Source: a virus. Taken from it: a DNA stretch of 64,000 nt. The notes under the pieces are model-generated. The model did not search any database. It was not told the origin of the DNA and saw only the letters and a list, made by a program, of their open reading frames with translations. How positions within the stretch are numbered: the first letter of the stretch is position 1; each line of letters begins with the position of its first letter. The stretch covers positions 8,698-72,697 of IMG/VR virus record IMGVR_UViG_3300045999_013278, one strand, 5' to 3'. The position numbers and the translations under genes are program-made. This document shows, in pieces, positions 9,915 through 19,646 of this stretch.

Positions 9915-9926
9915 GCAAAAACTTTA

Positions 9927-9964
9927 AAACCCCTTCTAAAAATAAAACTTTAGAAGGGGTTTTT
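9927..9964. terminator. bidirectional intrinsic terminator
   Basis: AAACCCCTTCTAAA-loop-TTTAGAAGGGGTTT between convergent units. Confidence 0.75.
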
Positions 9965-9966
9965 AA

Positions 9967-10263
9967 TTATTCCTCTACAGCTACTACGCTACTAATTTTT
10001 AATCCGCCAAAGATAAACGATAACAAATCCTTATCATCACTAAATTCTATATCATCCAAATCACCGTCCCAATTCTGTACCCCTAATTTTCTTAGCTCAA
10101 CATTAGGGGTGCTAATGCTTAATTTCTTTTCTTTACTATACCAGCGCGACTGATAAAACCCGACTTTCTCATCATTAATATAAATTAATTTAGTCGGAAT
10201 ATCCTCTAAGGAGAAGGTGTTAATGACTTTTACGATATGTCCCTTAATTATGTATTTTGACAT
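9967..10263 (-). CDS. hypothetical protein
   Basis: last ORF of the - strand early operon. Confidence 0.6.
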   Translation of the reverse strand: MSKYIIKGHIVKVINTFSLEDIPTKLIYINDEKVGFYQSRWYSKEKKLSISTPNVELRKLGVQNWDGDLDDIEFSDDKDLLSFIFGGLKISSVVAVEE

Positions 10264-10538
10264 TTTTTTAACCTTGTATGTTTTTTTAAAAGTAAAGTCC
10301 CGAAATCACTACGCCAACCTAAGACATTCACTCTTTCTGTTAACTCATCCAACTTTAAGTGAAAGTTTTTTTTAGTAAACTTAGTGGTGACGACGTAAAA
10401 TAATCCATTCATGAATGTGCAATAAATAGGCAATTCACTACCGGAAGTCATTACTAAACACATTTCACCCTCTCTTGGCAATTCTTTTTTAGGGATTTTC
10501 CAATCACTACTAACTTTAACTTTTTCTTGCACTTGCAT
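10248..10538 (-). CDS. hypothetical protein (DUF551-like N-terminal W...LP motif)
   Basis: DWKIPKKELPREGEMCLV...GWR. Confidence 0.55.
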   Translation of the reverse strand: MQVQEKVKVSSDWKIPKKELPREGEMCLVMTSGSELPIYCTFMNGLFYVVTTKFTKKNFHLKLDELTERVNVLGWRSDFGTLLLKKHTRLKKCQNT

Positions 10539-10545
10539 ATTTCCC

Positions 10546-12252
10546 TTACCCTGCTAAAACTACTTTCAGATTATTCGTGAGATGCGATCGCCAAATTGGA
10601 GTTAAAGCTTCTCCAAATTCCCCTTCCATTTTTTGCCAAACCCATTTCTCTGATTTATTAGAAAAGCTTTGGATTTTTCTTAAATATGCAAAATAGTGAG
10701 TAACGTCATTAAAACTAGGATCTGTACCAAAAACAGCGTGAGTAACCCAACTAGGATGAGGGTCAAACTTTTTAACCGTGCGAAATTCGTAGTAACCTTT
10801 GTCTGGATTTTTGCTTGACGCATAAAGTCTTTTTAGAATTAATTGGTAAAATTCTTGCGGTGGCGCATTCCTGTCCAAGAAAGGAATCTCTTCCATCTCC
10901 CTATCGTCTTCTTCTACATCATCTTCTAAGGTTAATCCCACTAATTCCAAACTATTTTCTTCTTTAGGTTTAGGTTTAGCTTTGGGAAATTCGTAGCCGC
11001 AGTCGGGGCATTTATGTTGGGACTTTCCGCAAATGTATGAACAAGTGGGACATTCTTTACCCTCATTTATTTTAACATCGTTCCAATCTTCAATTTCATC
11101 TGGCCTTCCTAAAAGAACCATAGAGCCAGTAAAATCCAGGATTAAAGAGGAAGTTTTGGGAGGTAAAAATTCATTACCCTTAAATAACCTCAAGACACGC
11201 CCAACACATTGAGTTAGTTGCCCAGGTGATTTCGTAGCACTTAAAAAGAGCATTGCTTGAGCGCAAGGCTCGTCAAAACCAATCGTCAAAACCCTTACCG
11301 ACCAAAGCATAATTCTACCTTGGCGGAACAAAGCGCAAGCCCCGCGCCGAGTTTTTGGTAAAGTTCCACTTAAATAAAATTCTTTAATTTCCTCCTCTTC
11401 TTTACTAGCGTTACCCTCTGGTGTTTCATCAGCAACAACTATAGAAGGGACTCCTTGGGAAATAAAGTAATCGGAGTATTTTTTGCACTGCGCTTTTGAT
11501 GGTGCAACTCCAATGGTGGGCATTTCCCTACAACCGTTCTTAAGCCACTCCTCATATACTTTTTCTGGACTACACTTCTCGAAAACTTGTTCAATTTCTG
11601 CTGTAGTGTAGTCGCTCCCATCGTTTTTATTTACCTTAGCGGAGACTTTAAAATCACCAATTCTTTTAGCTCGGAAGGGAACTAAATAGCTTTGCGAAAT
11701 TAATTCTCTTAACGAAATAACTTGGTTAATCTCTACATTTCTGCCAAACTCTTGACCGTCTAATCTATGGGGAGTGGCTGTTAAAAGTATGTGGTTGGCG
11801 TTTGGGGCTAAATTAAAAATTACCTCTTTACAGATTTGGCGAAACCAACTTAAATGAGCCTCATCCCAAATTACAACTGAAACATTAGAGGGTATCCATT
11901 TTCTTGACTCAATGGTTTGAGCCATCGCAATGATGATTTTTTTACTCTCTAAATAACTTTCTGACCTATTTTTCTTACCCCAAAGAAAATCAGTAAAGGC
12001 ACTAGCTTCCGCACCTAAAAATCCATAAACTGATTCATCCCACTGTGACATTAACGGAGATAAATTTGAGATTATTAGGACTTTTGAGTTGGGATTAAAT
12101 GTAATTGCTTTTTCTGCAATATCAACCCCAACTAAAGTTTTACCTCCGCCAGTGGGGATAGTTAGGCAGGGAATTTTGCCTCTGTTTAAAATGTCCCTAG
12201 CTACCTCCAGTGCTTTAATTTGATGTGGTCTTCTTTGGATGTGTGGGAGCAT
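10546..12252 (-). CDS. SF2 DEAH-box helicase (RadD/ResIII-like) with Zn ribbon
   Basis: PTGGGKT Walker A, DEAH, TATP, GFDEP, QCVGRVLR, CPTC...CPDC. Confidence 0.9.
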   Translation of the reverse strand: MLPHIQRRPHQIKALEVARDILNRGKIPCLTIPTGGGKTLVGVDIAEKAITFNPNSKVLIISNLSPLMSQWDESVYGFLGAEASAFTDFLWGKKNRSESYLESKKIIIAMAQTIESRKWIPSNVSVVIWDEAHLSWFRQICKEVIFNLAPNANHILLTATPHRLDGQEFGRNVEINQVISLRELISQSYLVPFRAKRIGDFKVSAKVNKNDGSDYTTAEIEQVFEKCSPEKVYEEWLKNGCREMPTIGVAPSKAQCKKYSDYFISQGVPSIVVADETPEGNASKEEEEIKEFYLSGTLPKTRRGACALFRQGRIMLWSVRVLTIGFDEPCAQAMLFLSATKSPGQLTQCVGRVLRLFKGNEFLPPKTSSLILDFTGSMVLLGRPDEIEDWNDVKINEGKECPTCSYICGKSQHKCPDCGYEFPKAKPKPKEENSLELVGLTLEDDVEEDDREMEEIPFLDRNAPPQEFYQLILKRLYASSKNPDKGYYEFRTVKKFDPHPSWVTHAVFGTDPSFNDVTHYFAYLRKIQSFSNKSEKWVWQKMEGEFGEALTPIWRSHLTNNLKVVLAG

Positions 12253-12257
12253 ATTAC

Positions 12258-12509
12258 CTAATAAGTATCGTGTCCTAATGTTTTACCTTTCGGCTCAGGT
12301 CTGTTAACCCGCCATTTTTTAACATCTTGCGGGAGAAATTTTTTAGGAGCGTTTCCATTCCAAGAAGCCATCACATATCTTTCTTCTAGATTTACTCCCA
12401 TTATCGTTACCTCAAATAAAAAGTTTCTTTTAATGGTTGTCTTGCCCATTCTTTGACGCTCAATACTAAATACAATTTGCCCCGGTTTTAGTCTGTTTAT
12501 GCTTGCCAT
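12258..12509 (-). CDS. hypothetical protein
   Basis: tightly packed ORF in operon. Confidence 0.6.
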   Translation of the reverse strand: MASINRLKPGQIVFSIERQRMGKTTIKRNFLFEVTIMGVNLEERYVMASWNGNAPKKFLPQDVKKWRVNRPEPKGKTLGHDTY

Positions 12510-12841
12510 AATCCTAAAATCTTACCTGCTTCTTTTAATTTCTCTAAAGGGATATCGTTAAAGTTTTTGTTTTTAACTTTCCAATTAAACTCGCGCCTAA
12601 AGTTTTTCTCCTGCCAATCTTCTTTAGTAAGAAAAATTGTTATGTAATAGCTAAGTCCGTAATGAGGGAAAGTTATGGTTAGGGGAAGCCGTTCTTCTCT
12701 ACCCTCCACCATAATGTAAAAAAATTTAGTCCCCACTTTTATGATTGGGGTGTAATATTCTGCTTTTACTTTATCATTTCTGCCATCCTTTGTGACAATA
12801 TATAGCTTGTCACCAACTTTTAACTTTAACTTTTCTGCCAC
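12497..12841 (-). CDS. hypothetical beta-barrel protein (KVGTKF family)
   Basis: LKVGDKLYIV...IIKVGTKFFY; similar to 51374..51778. Confidence 0.6.
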   Translation of the reverse strand: MAEKLKLKVGDKLYIVTKDGRNDKVKAEYYTPIIKVGTKFFYIMVEGREERLPLTITFPHYGLSYYITIFLTKEDWQEKNFRREFNWKVKNKNFNDIPLEKLKEAGKILGLWQA

Positions 12842-12843
12842 TT

Positions 12844-13503
12844 TTATTTGTCTCCTAAACTAAAGTTATTTAATCCTTCTCCTTCCCCATCCTTAATAAT
12901 TTCTAGGATTTTATTAAGCTTTTCTTGGGACAGATGTACTAATTCTTCACTAATCACAAATGCACGAATTTCATTAACGGCTTCAGTTTTTTCTTTTCCG
13001 TATTCTTTAATCGTCCAATCGTCGTCTATCCCACCTGCGGGGTTATTTAAGTTGTTTATTAGCCAACTCTTGTTTTTCGGAGTAAGTCTGTCCGCGAAGT
13101 TTTTTAAGTTTGCATAAATTTCAGCTTTCAGTCCAGAACTATCTAAGATAAAAGATTTTTCATCCTCAGATAGATTACGGATACCACTTTCTTGACCGTC
13201 ACCAAACAATGCCAAAATAATACCCAATCTTTTGTCATCTTTCGTTAGAGTCTCACTAGACTTGTTGTGATATTTCCAGTATTTAAACAAACTAAGAAAA
13301 CTAATCTCAAAATCCTCATCGGCTTCATGAGTAAAGTAGCCAAAACTCCTATCCCACAAGTCGTAAACGCCAACAAAAGTTAATTTCTCAAAAACTATTC
13401 TGTCTTCATCAGGAAAAAAGTGATGAGGATAACTTTTAACTAATTCCGAACGTAAGAACACTTTAATTTCTTGACCTAAGAAATGTCTTTCTGTTTTAGC
13501 CAT
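12844..13503 (-). CDS. hypothetical protein
   Basis: tightly packed ORF in operon. Confidence 0.65.
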   Translation of the reverse strand: MAKTERHFLGQEIKVFLRSELVKSYPHHFFPDEDRIVFEKLTFVGVYDLWDRSFGYFTHEADEDFEISFLSLFKYWKYHNKSSETLTKDDKRLGIILALFGDGQESGIRNLSEDEKSFILDSSGLKAEIYANLKNFADRLTPKNKSWLINNLNNPAGGIDDDWTIKEYGKEKTEAVNEIRAFVISEELVHLSQEKLNKILEIIKDGEGEGLNNFSLGDK

Positions 13504-13504
13504 T

Positions 13505-13834
13505 TTACCCCTTAATCTTGTATCCTAATTCGATAATTTTCGTTTTCGCTTCATCTAGCTTATTTTTGGGAACTTCAACAAGCAAATAGCTTACAGCCGT
13601 TTTTCTTTTCCAAGCAGAAAAAGCTTGGGAAAAAGTTTTTTTAACCAAATCATCATCCTCCAAGACCAACCAGCCAAACATACTATCTGACAAATCGTAA
13701 ACTTCCTCGTCTATTAAAACTTCCTCAAGTTCTAAGTCCGAGTCACCAGATTCATCAAAATCATGGATAAACCCTTCTGGGAATCCATCTTTCAAGAACT
13801 CTTTAATTTCAATTCCTAATGCTTTTTTAGCCAT
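13505..13834 (-). CDS. hypothetical protein
   Basis: first ORF after promoter at 13862-13890. Confidence 0.65.
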   Translation of the reverse strand: MAKKALGIEIKEFLKDGFPEGFIHDFDESGDSDLELEEVLIDEEVYDLSDSMFGWLVLEDDDLVKKTFSQAFSAWKRKTAVSYLLVEVPKNKLDEAKTKIIELGYKIKG

Positions 13835-13861
13835 TTTCTTATGTTTAACTTACTTTCTCTA

Positions 13862-13890
13862 ACTATACACAACTTCTATACCGTCGTCAA
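13862..13890 (-). promoter_or_regulatory. phage early promoter TTGACG-ACGGTA...-TATAGT
   Basis: TTGACG + 17 nt + TATAGT on - strand; member of repeated motif family. Confidence 0.75.
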
Positions 13891-13954
13891 GTACCTTATG
13901 GAAAATAATTTTGACACTCTCAGGGCTAAAGCCGCTGAGATTCTGCGGACAGAA

Positions 13955-15214
13955 TTAATTTAATTTAATTCTCGCTACGATTGCCAAAGATCGTCTACTG
14001 AGTTGATCAAGTGATAGACTCAACCTTCCCGATACTTTTCTTAAAATATTAGCTGCTCCGTTCAAATCTGCATTTACGAATGAACCATCGCCCGATTCAT
14101 ACAATCCACGCTTAACACGCTTTCCTGATGCTTTCCACCCGTCTGGTTTTTGACCATAAACAGGTAGGGAGTCTCCATCGAGAAAACTAGCTTTTGATGT
14201 ATAAGCCTCTTCGGTTTCTTGAAATCTAATACCGTGTAAATCGCATAGTTGCATCAGCCGGGTTTTGAGTTTACCTAACGGCATTTGGACAAACTTTTGA
14301 TTATTAATTCGCCCCATGTTAGCGTTAGATTTAAAACCCTCGTTCCAACCAATAACTAATGTACCAATGCCGTATTTTAAGCAATGATCAATAATTAATT
14401 TTGCAGCTTTATTAACACCATCCCGCATTTGATGGTTACGTTTACGGGTTACACAGTCTAACCAATTGTCCCAATAATCCCCCGGTTTCCCTTCTTTTCG
14501 TGTTGATACTTTTTTATTCCAAAGCTGGTTCATTGACTTCATCGAACGGGCATCAATCAAGAGGGAATTACCCAATGTATCAACACAAGCTGCTAAATTA
14601 TCAGCCGTTCCCAAGTCAATAGATAGAGCTTGATTAATGTCTAAATCATGCTGTTGTTTCTCAACTTCGTAAGACATCTCTAGATAAAAAGCACCGTTTT
14701 TAGGTAGGATAGTAAACTCCTTAACATGAGCTATATCTAAATTTGACGGCATCGGTAGAAAAAATTCAGAAATTCCAAACCATCTTTTAACCGTTAGTCC
14801 CAACGAAAATCTAAGTTGTCCATTAACTAGAGTTGGTTTCTGTCCTCCACTATGAGGATAAGCAACCTTGAAAAGTTTAGAACCTGTTAGATAGCCGGGT
14901 ACTTTAGGCTTAAAGTGTAATTGTCCTTTGATAAACAAAGAACGTAATTCTTTAAAAGATTTGAAGGCTTCTGTTACAGATAATAAAGTTTGTTGTGCGG
15001 GGATAGATGGCATCGATTGAGCAACCATAGTTTTAGACACTGAAGGCTCGTAAATCAAGTCGAACTTACCCGTTAACAACTTTCCAGTTTTTAAAAATGT
15101 TTGTCTAGCGAAATAAACACCACTGTTATACAGCTTCCCTGACTGCTGACAGAGATATTCTAATACTGCCTTTGTTTCATTATCGGGAGACAACAAAACC
15201 TGTTGTACTCCCAT
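13955..15214 (-). CDS. tnpB: TnpB RNA-guided endonuclease
   Basis: SIDLG RuvC-I, EEAYTSK, NADLNGAANIL RuvC-III; ATG at 15214 preferred over 15268. Confidence 0.92.
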   Translation of the reverse strand: MGVQQVLLSPDNETKAVLEYLCQQSGKLYNSGVYFARQTFLKTGKLLTGKFDLIYEPSVSKTMVAQSMPSIPAQQTLLSVTEAFKSFKELRSLFIKGQLHFKPKVPGYLTGSKLFKVAYPHSGGQKPTLVNGQLRFSLGLTVKRWFGISEFFLPMPSNLDIAHVKEFTILPKNGAFYLEMSYEVEKQQHDLDINQALSIDLGTADNLAACVDTLGNSLLIDARSMKSMNQLWNKKVSTRKEGKPGDYWDNWLDCVTRKRNHQMRDGVNKAAKLIIDHCLKYGIGTLVIGWNEGFKSNANMGRINNQKFVQMPLGKLKTRLMQLCDLHGIRFQETEEAYTSKASFLDGDSLPVYGQKPDGWKASGKRVKRGLYESGDGSFVNADLNGAANILRKVSGRLSLSLDQLSRRSLAIVARIKLN

Positions 15215-15323
15215 TGCTTTTTTATTTTTTGCCACCAAGTTACGATTTATGAGAAGTTGACTTCTCAAGAATAATTGATTAAGCTAGTATTGTCAATAGC
15301 TATCAAGAAAACAACAAGAGAAT

Positions 15324-15725
15324 ATGTTAACGCAAGAAGACTATAAAACCCACAACCACGTTAAATTCCTGGTTAATTACCATTTTGTTTGGATACCTAA
15401 ACGACGGAAAAAAGTTTTAGTAGGAGAAATAGCAACAAGAGCGAGACAGATTTTTGCTGAACTGGCTATAGAAAAAGGTTGGGATATTTTAGCTTTAGAA
15501 GTAGCTCCAGACCATATCCACTTATTTATTAGCGTTAAGCCCACAGATACCCCACATTTAGTTATCAAGGCATTTAAAGGTCGTTCTAGCTTCTACTTGA
15601 GAAAAGAATTTCCCCAATTAAAAAAACTACCGTCTCTTTGGACAAGTAGTTATTTTATAAGCACCGCAGGGAATGTTAGTAGCGAATCCGTGAGGAGATA
15701 TATTGAAGACCCGCATCACGGTTAA
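15324..15725 (+). CDS. tnpA: IS200-type Y1 HUH transposase
   Basis: YHFVWIPKRRK, PDHIHLF (HUH), LWTSSY, YIE. Confidence 0.95.
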   Translation: MLTQEDYKTHNHVKFLVNYHFVWIPKRRKKVLVGEIATRARQIFAELAIEKGWDILALEVAPDHIHLFISVKPTDTPHLVIKAFKGRSSFYLRKEFPQLKKLPSLWTSSYFISTAGNVSSESVRRYIEDPHHG

Positions 15726-15832
15726 TATAGAAAATACCAAAGCGGTTAAAACCGCTCGTGTCGCTTATATCTCAGGGCTAAAGCCGCTGAGTTTTACGCT
15801 TACCGCGAGGTCTTATAAAATTACCACACCCC

Positions 15833-15861
15833 TTGACGACGGTACAGAGTGATGGTAATAT
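15833..15861 (+). promoter_or_regulatory. phage promoter TTGACG-ACGGTA...-TAATAT upstream of rep
   Basis: TTGACG + 17 nt + TAATAT. Confidence 0.7.
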
Positions 15862-15929
15862 ATGTTATGTAAAGAAAGAATAATTTTTTTAAAACTATGG
15901 ATAGAGCATCAGGTAGGTAAAACTGGACA

Positions 15930-15968
15930 CCAAAAAGCCCGCAGCGACTCAGGCGACGGGCTTTTTGG
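15930..15968. terminator. stem-loop in rep leader (terminator/attenuator)
   Basis: CCAAAAAGCCCG...CGGGCTTTTTGG inverted repeat. Confidence 0.6.
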
Positions 15969-16136
15969 CAGTTAAGTAAAAAGTAAAGTCCGATTAGGGA
16001 AAATGCTTATTCTCAAATCATAGCACAAAAAAATTTACAGCGCAAGTCTACCCTTTTATAAAAAAATGGAGTAGAATCAGCATAAGTCTAAACCGCTACT
16101 CGGTACACACACATCTAAAATCAGAGGACTGGAATC

Positions 16137-19100
16137 ATGAGAGGTAAATTTAGCAAAAAAAATTCTACCGCGCCAACGGTAGAATTTTCTAAAAATATTA
16201 ATTGTTTAGATAACGACGCGGAATTAACAGCCGTTAAGGATAATGATAATACCTCTCTACCGTCGTTGTCAAGTGATTTTAATACTGAAATTACGGATAA
16301 AGTAATTAAATCGTTAAAAAAACTAGAATTACCGCACCTTAAGGAATTAGTGGAAGGATCAGGGATTCATCCAGAAGTCCTTAAAGCTAATAAAATTTTC
16401 TCCCTCGTAACTTTACCTGGTGAACTTAACGACGCTCACAGTTATTTAAACACTTACGGCGACGGCAACAAAAACGTTAACGCCAACGGAACTTTAAGGA
16501 AGAACGTTGCCGATAAATATTGGAACTTAGACTTAGGCGGATGGTGGGTGAGCGGCGCAGAAGTTACTTTTAACGGTTCTACATTTAATTGTGCGGAAAT
16601 TGAGTGGGGGCAATTTAAGCCAGATACTCCCAGACAATATACAGAAAAAGATAAAAAAGACCATGAGCATATCTGGTTTGATTTAGAACTGATCAATCCA
16701 AAATTAGGCGAAGCCTTAAGCCCTAAGAAAAAAATAATTAAATATGAGTCCCCAATTGGTGAAGCAGCAAGGCTAATGCTCTTGTCACCATCAGAGCAGA
16801 GTTTTAGAGCTTACGTTAAAAAGTTCTCGGACAAAGACAAATTAAATATAGCTAAGAATTTAGATTATAAAGTGGTTAGAGAGTTCTGGAAATTTGTGGC
16901 CAAAACAAATATGCCAATAATTATTTGTGAGGGTGCAAAAAAAGCTCTTAAGCTCTTATCGCATGGTTATGCGGCCATTTCGGTAGCTGGGATTTACGGC
17001 GGATACCGTAACCACGAAACTCGGATTTGGGAACTAAGAAAACTACATAAAGATTTTCACGCATTCATGGTCAACTACCGTGAATGGTACTTCTGTTTTG
17101 ATGGGGAGTCTAAACCCCACGTTAAGCACAATATAGAAGTGGCCATTACCCGGACTGGCGATTTAATCAAAAAAGCCAACGGGAAAAATACCATCCGCGT
17201 AATAGAATTACCTGCGCCTAAGCTGTGGGGTGAAAAAACTGGAGTAGATGACTTTATCATTAAAGAAGGGGTTGGGGAATTTGATAAGTTATTTTATAAC
17301 GCCCCAACCTTAATGGAATGGAAGAGTATTAGTACAGAATTACTAACCAAATCCTTAGATCCAGAAAAATCCCTTCATTTAACAAAAGAAGATTTAACTT
17401 ACTCAGAGTTAATGGGTAGACACTATTTACCTGAAGACTTATTTAGAAGAATCCCCAAGGATGAGCAGTTCATTGGGCTAAAAGCCCCAATGGGTTCAGG
17501 TAAAACACACTCCTTTAAAAATTTAGTTGGAGATACTCTAAAACTGGGCGGCGCACCACTGCTTATTACTCACCGCGTCCAGTTAGGTCAAGCCTTAGCT
17601 GAAAAATTAGGCGTGCATTACCTCTCTGAAATTAAGAACGAAGACGACCGCACCCAAGCCCTGAATGGTGGGTTAGGCTTGTGTATTGACTCTCTCCATG
17701 CCGCTTCTAAACTACGCTTCCATCCCTATGAGTGGCAACGTCCTTGCGTAATTATTGATGAAGTTGAGCAGGTCGTCCAACACTTAATATTTAGTAAAAC
17801 TTCTGTTAAAAATAACCGCGACTTAGTCATAAGAAATTTAGGCGAGTTATTAAAAAATTGCCTTAACTCAGGGCAAAGAATAGTCGTTGCAGATGCTCAC
17901 CTTACAGATATCTCCCTAAGATTTTTACGTGGCATTATCCAAGAAGCCAGTGGTCAAGACATTGAACCATTCATTGTTACAGCGGATGAATTTTATCTCT
18001 TAGGCGACGGTGAAAGACTGTGCTACTACTATAAGCACACACAGCCCGTAGCTTGGTTTGAAAACTTACTTTTACACATTCAAAAAGAGGGTGGGGCGTA
18101 TGTTTGTACTGATGGGCAAAACGTTTGCGCCACTTATGGAACACAAGCTTTAGGGAAAATTTTAAAAGGACGCTTCCCTCATTTAAGAGTTTTAGTAATT
18201 GATAGTGATACATCTCAAGATCCTAACCACCCCGCTTTTGGGATTATGGATAGGCTAAATGAGGAAATAGTAAATTGGGACATTGTTATAACGTCACCTT
18301 CTGTTGGGACGGGAATCAGTATTGATGTTCGCGGACATTTTAAAGCCGTTTTTGGTCGGTTTTCGGGAATGATTACGCCAAAACAAGCTGTTCAGCAACT
18401 TGGAAGGGTCAGAGAAGATGTTCCACGCCACGTTTTTGCTGCAACTAGGGGATTGCAGGAAATTAGCGGCGGATCAACTTCCATAAAATTAATTAAGGCT
18501 CATGAAGAGTTTAAGTATGGTGAAGTTATCCAGCAGTTAAAATCTTCTGGTAACTTTATCTATGATGAAGAGTCAGAAAAGCACATGGGTGGAAGTTGCA
18601 CAGCCCTTGATACCTATTGTGAACTAGCATTAAGGAGTAATGCTGGTAACAAGGGATACAGGGATTTCGTTATGACTGCGCTAAAAAATGAAGGATATGA
18701 AATAGTTGAGCCGGACGATTTAGACGGCGATCGCAAAAAAGAACTTAAGGATGAAGTTAAGCAAAATAAGGAAGAGCTTAATTCCCAAGACACGGGATTA
18801 AAATTCAATGCGGACATTAGTGTTGCTGAAGATAAAATCGAAAAATTAAATTTTAATGGTGAAGAAATTGCAATAGTAAATCGGGAAGGGGTCAAGAAAC
18901 TTAAGGATGAGCGGAAAATAGATAAATACCAAACTGAAAAATTAAACATTATTGCAAGGTACAATACTACGAGGTTAAGCGAAGAATTAATTCAATTAGA
19001 TAAAGATGGGATGTATAACGATTTACGCTTACGCTATTGGTTTAACCAGGGTAATGAGTTTTTAGCGGATAGAGATTTTAGGGTTTTAGATAAAGCTTTA

Positions 19101-19646
19101 ACCTTTGGGCGCAGCTTTAAGCCCGACTTAAACCACGACGTGATTAGTCCCAAGATTAAGAAATTAAAAAGCATGGGGATAGAGTTTTTGTTTGAGAAGA
19201 AAATTATCCACAATAACGATGAAGGATTACGGGCATGGATTAGTGACTTAAAAGAGACTAACCTAGTTGAGTTAAAAGCCTTGACTGGGTTAAATATAGG
19301 AGCGATGGAAAGTCCTGTAGAGATAGTCAGGAAGATTTACAAGTTATTTGGCTACAAGCTAAATGCAGTAAAAAGAAGTGGTCGCAAGGATGCCTTTGGT
19401 AAACGCCACATCTTCTATGAAATCCTGGATAAATACCAAAATTATGGTGGGGAAATTTTAAATAGATGGCTAACTTTGGATAAGAAAAATTCATTGGAAA
19501 AGAAAGTAACTAAGATTTGTCTGGAGAATGGTAAGAGAGTTGACCCACCCACAGATGAAGAATTAGCACTATTAAAATTGTCCACAGCATCAGAGGTGGC
19601 AGATTACTTAGCTTGGTGCGAGAAGTACGAATACGACGCAGCTTAA
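16137..19646 (+). CDS. DUF3854 (TOPRIM-like) + helicase replication protein, CyRepA-like
   Basis: KYESP, ICEGAKKA...G..AISVAG, FCFD, GVDDFI; KAPMGSGKT Walker A; LCIDSL, IIDEVEQ, SPSVGTGISID, QQLGRVR. Confidence 0.85.
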   Translation: MRGKFSKKNSTAPTVEFSKNINCLDNDAELTAVKDNDNTSLPSLSSDFNTEITDKVIKSLKKLELPHLKELVEGSGIHPEVLKANKIFSLVTLPGELNDAHSYLNTYGDGNKNVNANGTLRKNVADKYWNLDLGGWWVSGAEVTFNGSTFNCAEIEWGQFKPDTPRQYTEKDKKDHEHIWFDLELINPKLGEALSPKKKIIKYESPIGEAARLMLLSPSEQSFRAYVKKFSDKDKLNIAKNLDYKVVREFWKFVAKTNMPIIICEGAKKALKLLSHGYAAISVAGIYGGYRNHETRIWELRKLHKDFHAFMVNYREWYFCFDGESKPHVKHNIEVAITRTGDLIKKANGKNTIRVIELPAPKLWGEKTGVDDFIIKEGVGEFDKLFYNAPTLMEWKSISTELLTKSLDPEKSLHLTKEDLTYSELMGRHYLPEDLFRRIPKDEQFIGLKAPMGSGKTHSFKNLVGDTLKLGGAPLLITHRVQLGQALAEKLGVHYLSEIKNEDDRTQALNGGLGLCIDSLHAASKLRFHPYEWQRPCVIIDEVEQVVQHLIFSKTSVKNNRDLVIRNLGELLKNCLNSGQRIVVADAHLTDISLRFLRGIIQEASGQDIEPFIVTADEFYLLGDGERLCYYYKHTQPVAWFENLLLHIQKEGGAYVCTDGQNVCATYGTQALGKILKGRFPHLRVLVIDSDTSQDPNHPAFGIMDRLNEEIVNWDIVITSPSVGTGISIDVRGHFKAVFGRFSGMITPKQAVQQLGRVREDVPRHVFAATRGLQEISGGSTSIKLIKAHEEFKYGEVIQQLKSSGNFIYDEESEKHMGGSCTALDTYCELALRSNAGNKGYRDFVMTALKNEGYEIVEPDDLDGDRKKELKDEVKQNKEELNSQDTGLKFNADISVAEDKIEKLNFNGEEIAIVNREGVKKLKDERKIDKYQTEKLNIIARYNTTRLSEELIQLDKDGMYNDLRLRYWFNQGNEFLADRDFRVLDKALTFGRSFKPDLNHDVISPKIKKLKSMGIEFLFEKKIIHNNDEGLRAWISDLKETNLVELKALTGLNIGAMESPVEIVRKIYKLFGYKLNAVKRSGRKDAFGKRHIFYEILDKYQNYGGEILNRWLTLDKKNSLEKKVTKICLENGKRVDPPTDEELALLKLSTASEVADYLAWCEKYEYDAA

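Larger units (their letters stand above)
13911..15814 (-). mobile_element. complete IS200/IS605-family element (divergent tnpA/tnpB)
   Basis: subterminal hairpin CTCAGGGCTAAAGCCGCTGAG at 13919-13939 and 15771-15791; right end GAAT guide + TCAA cleavage site; left end AAAA guide + TTAT target (15815-15818), consistent with IS608-type guide rules. Confidence 0.9.

Noticed and set aside
9848-10153. 101-aa + strand ORF
   Set aside because: Runs through the tRNA-like element, a terminator and antisense to a better ORF.
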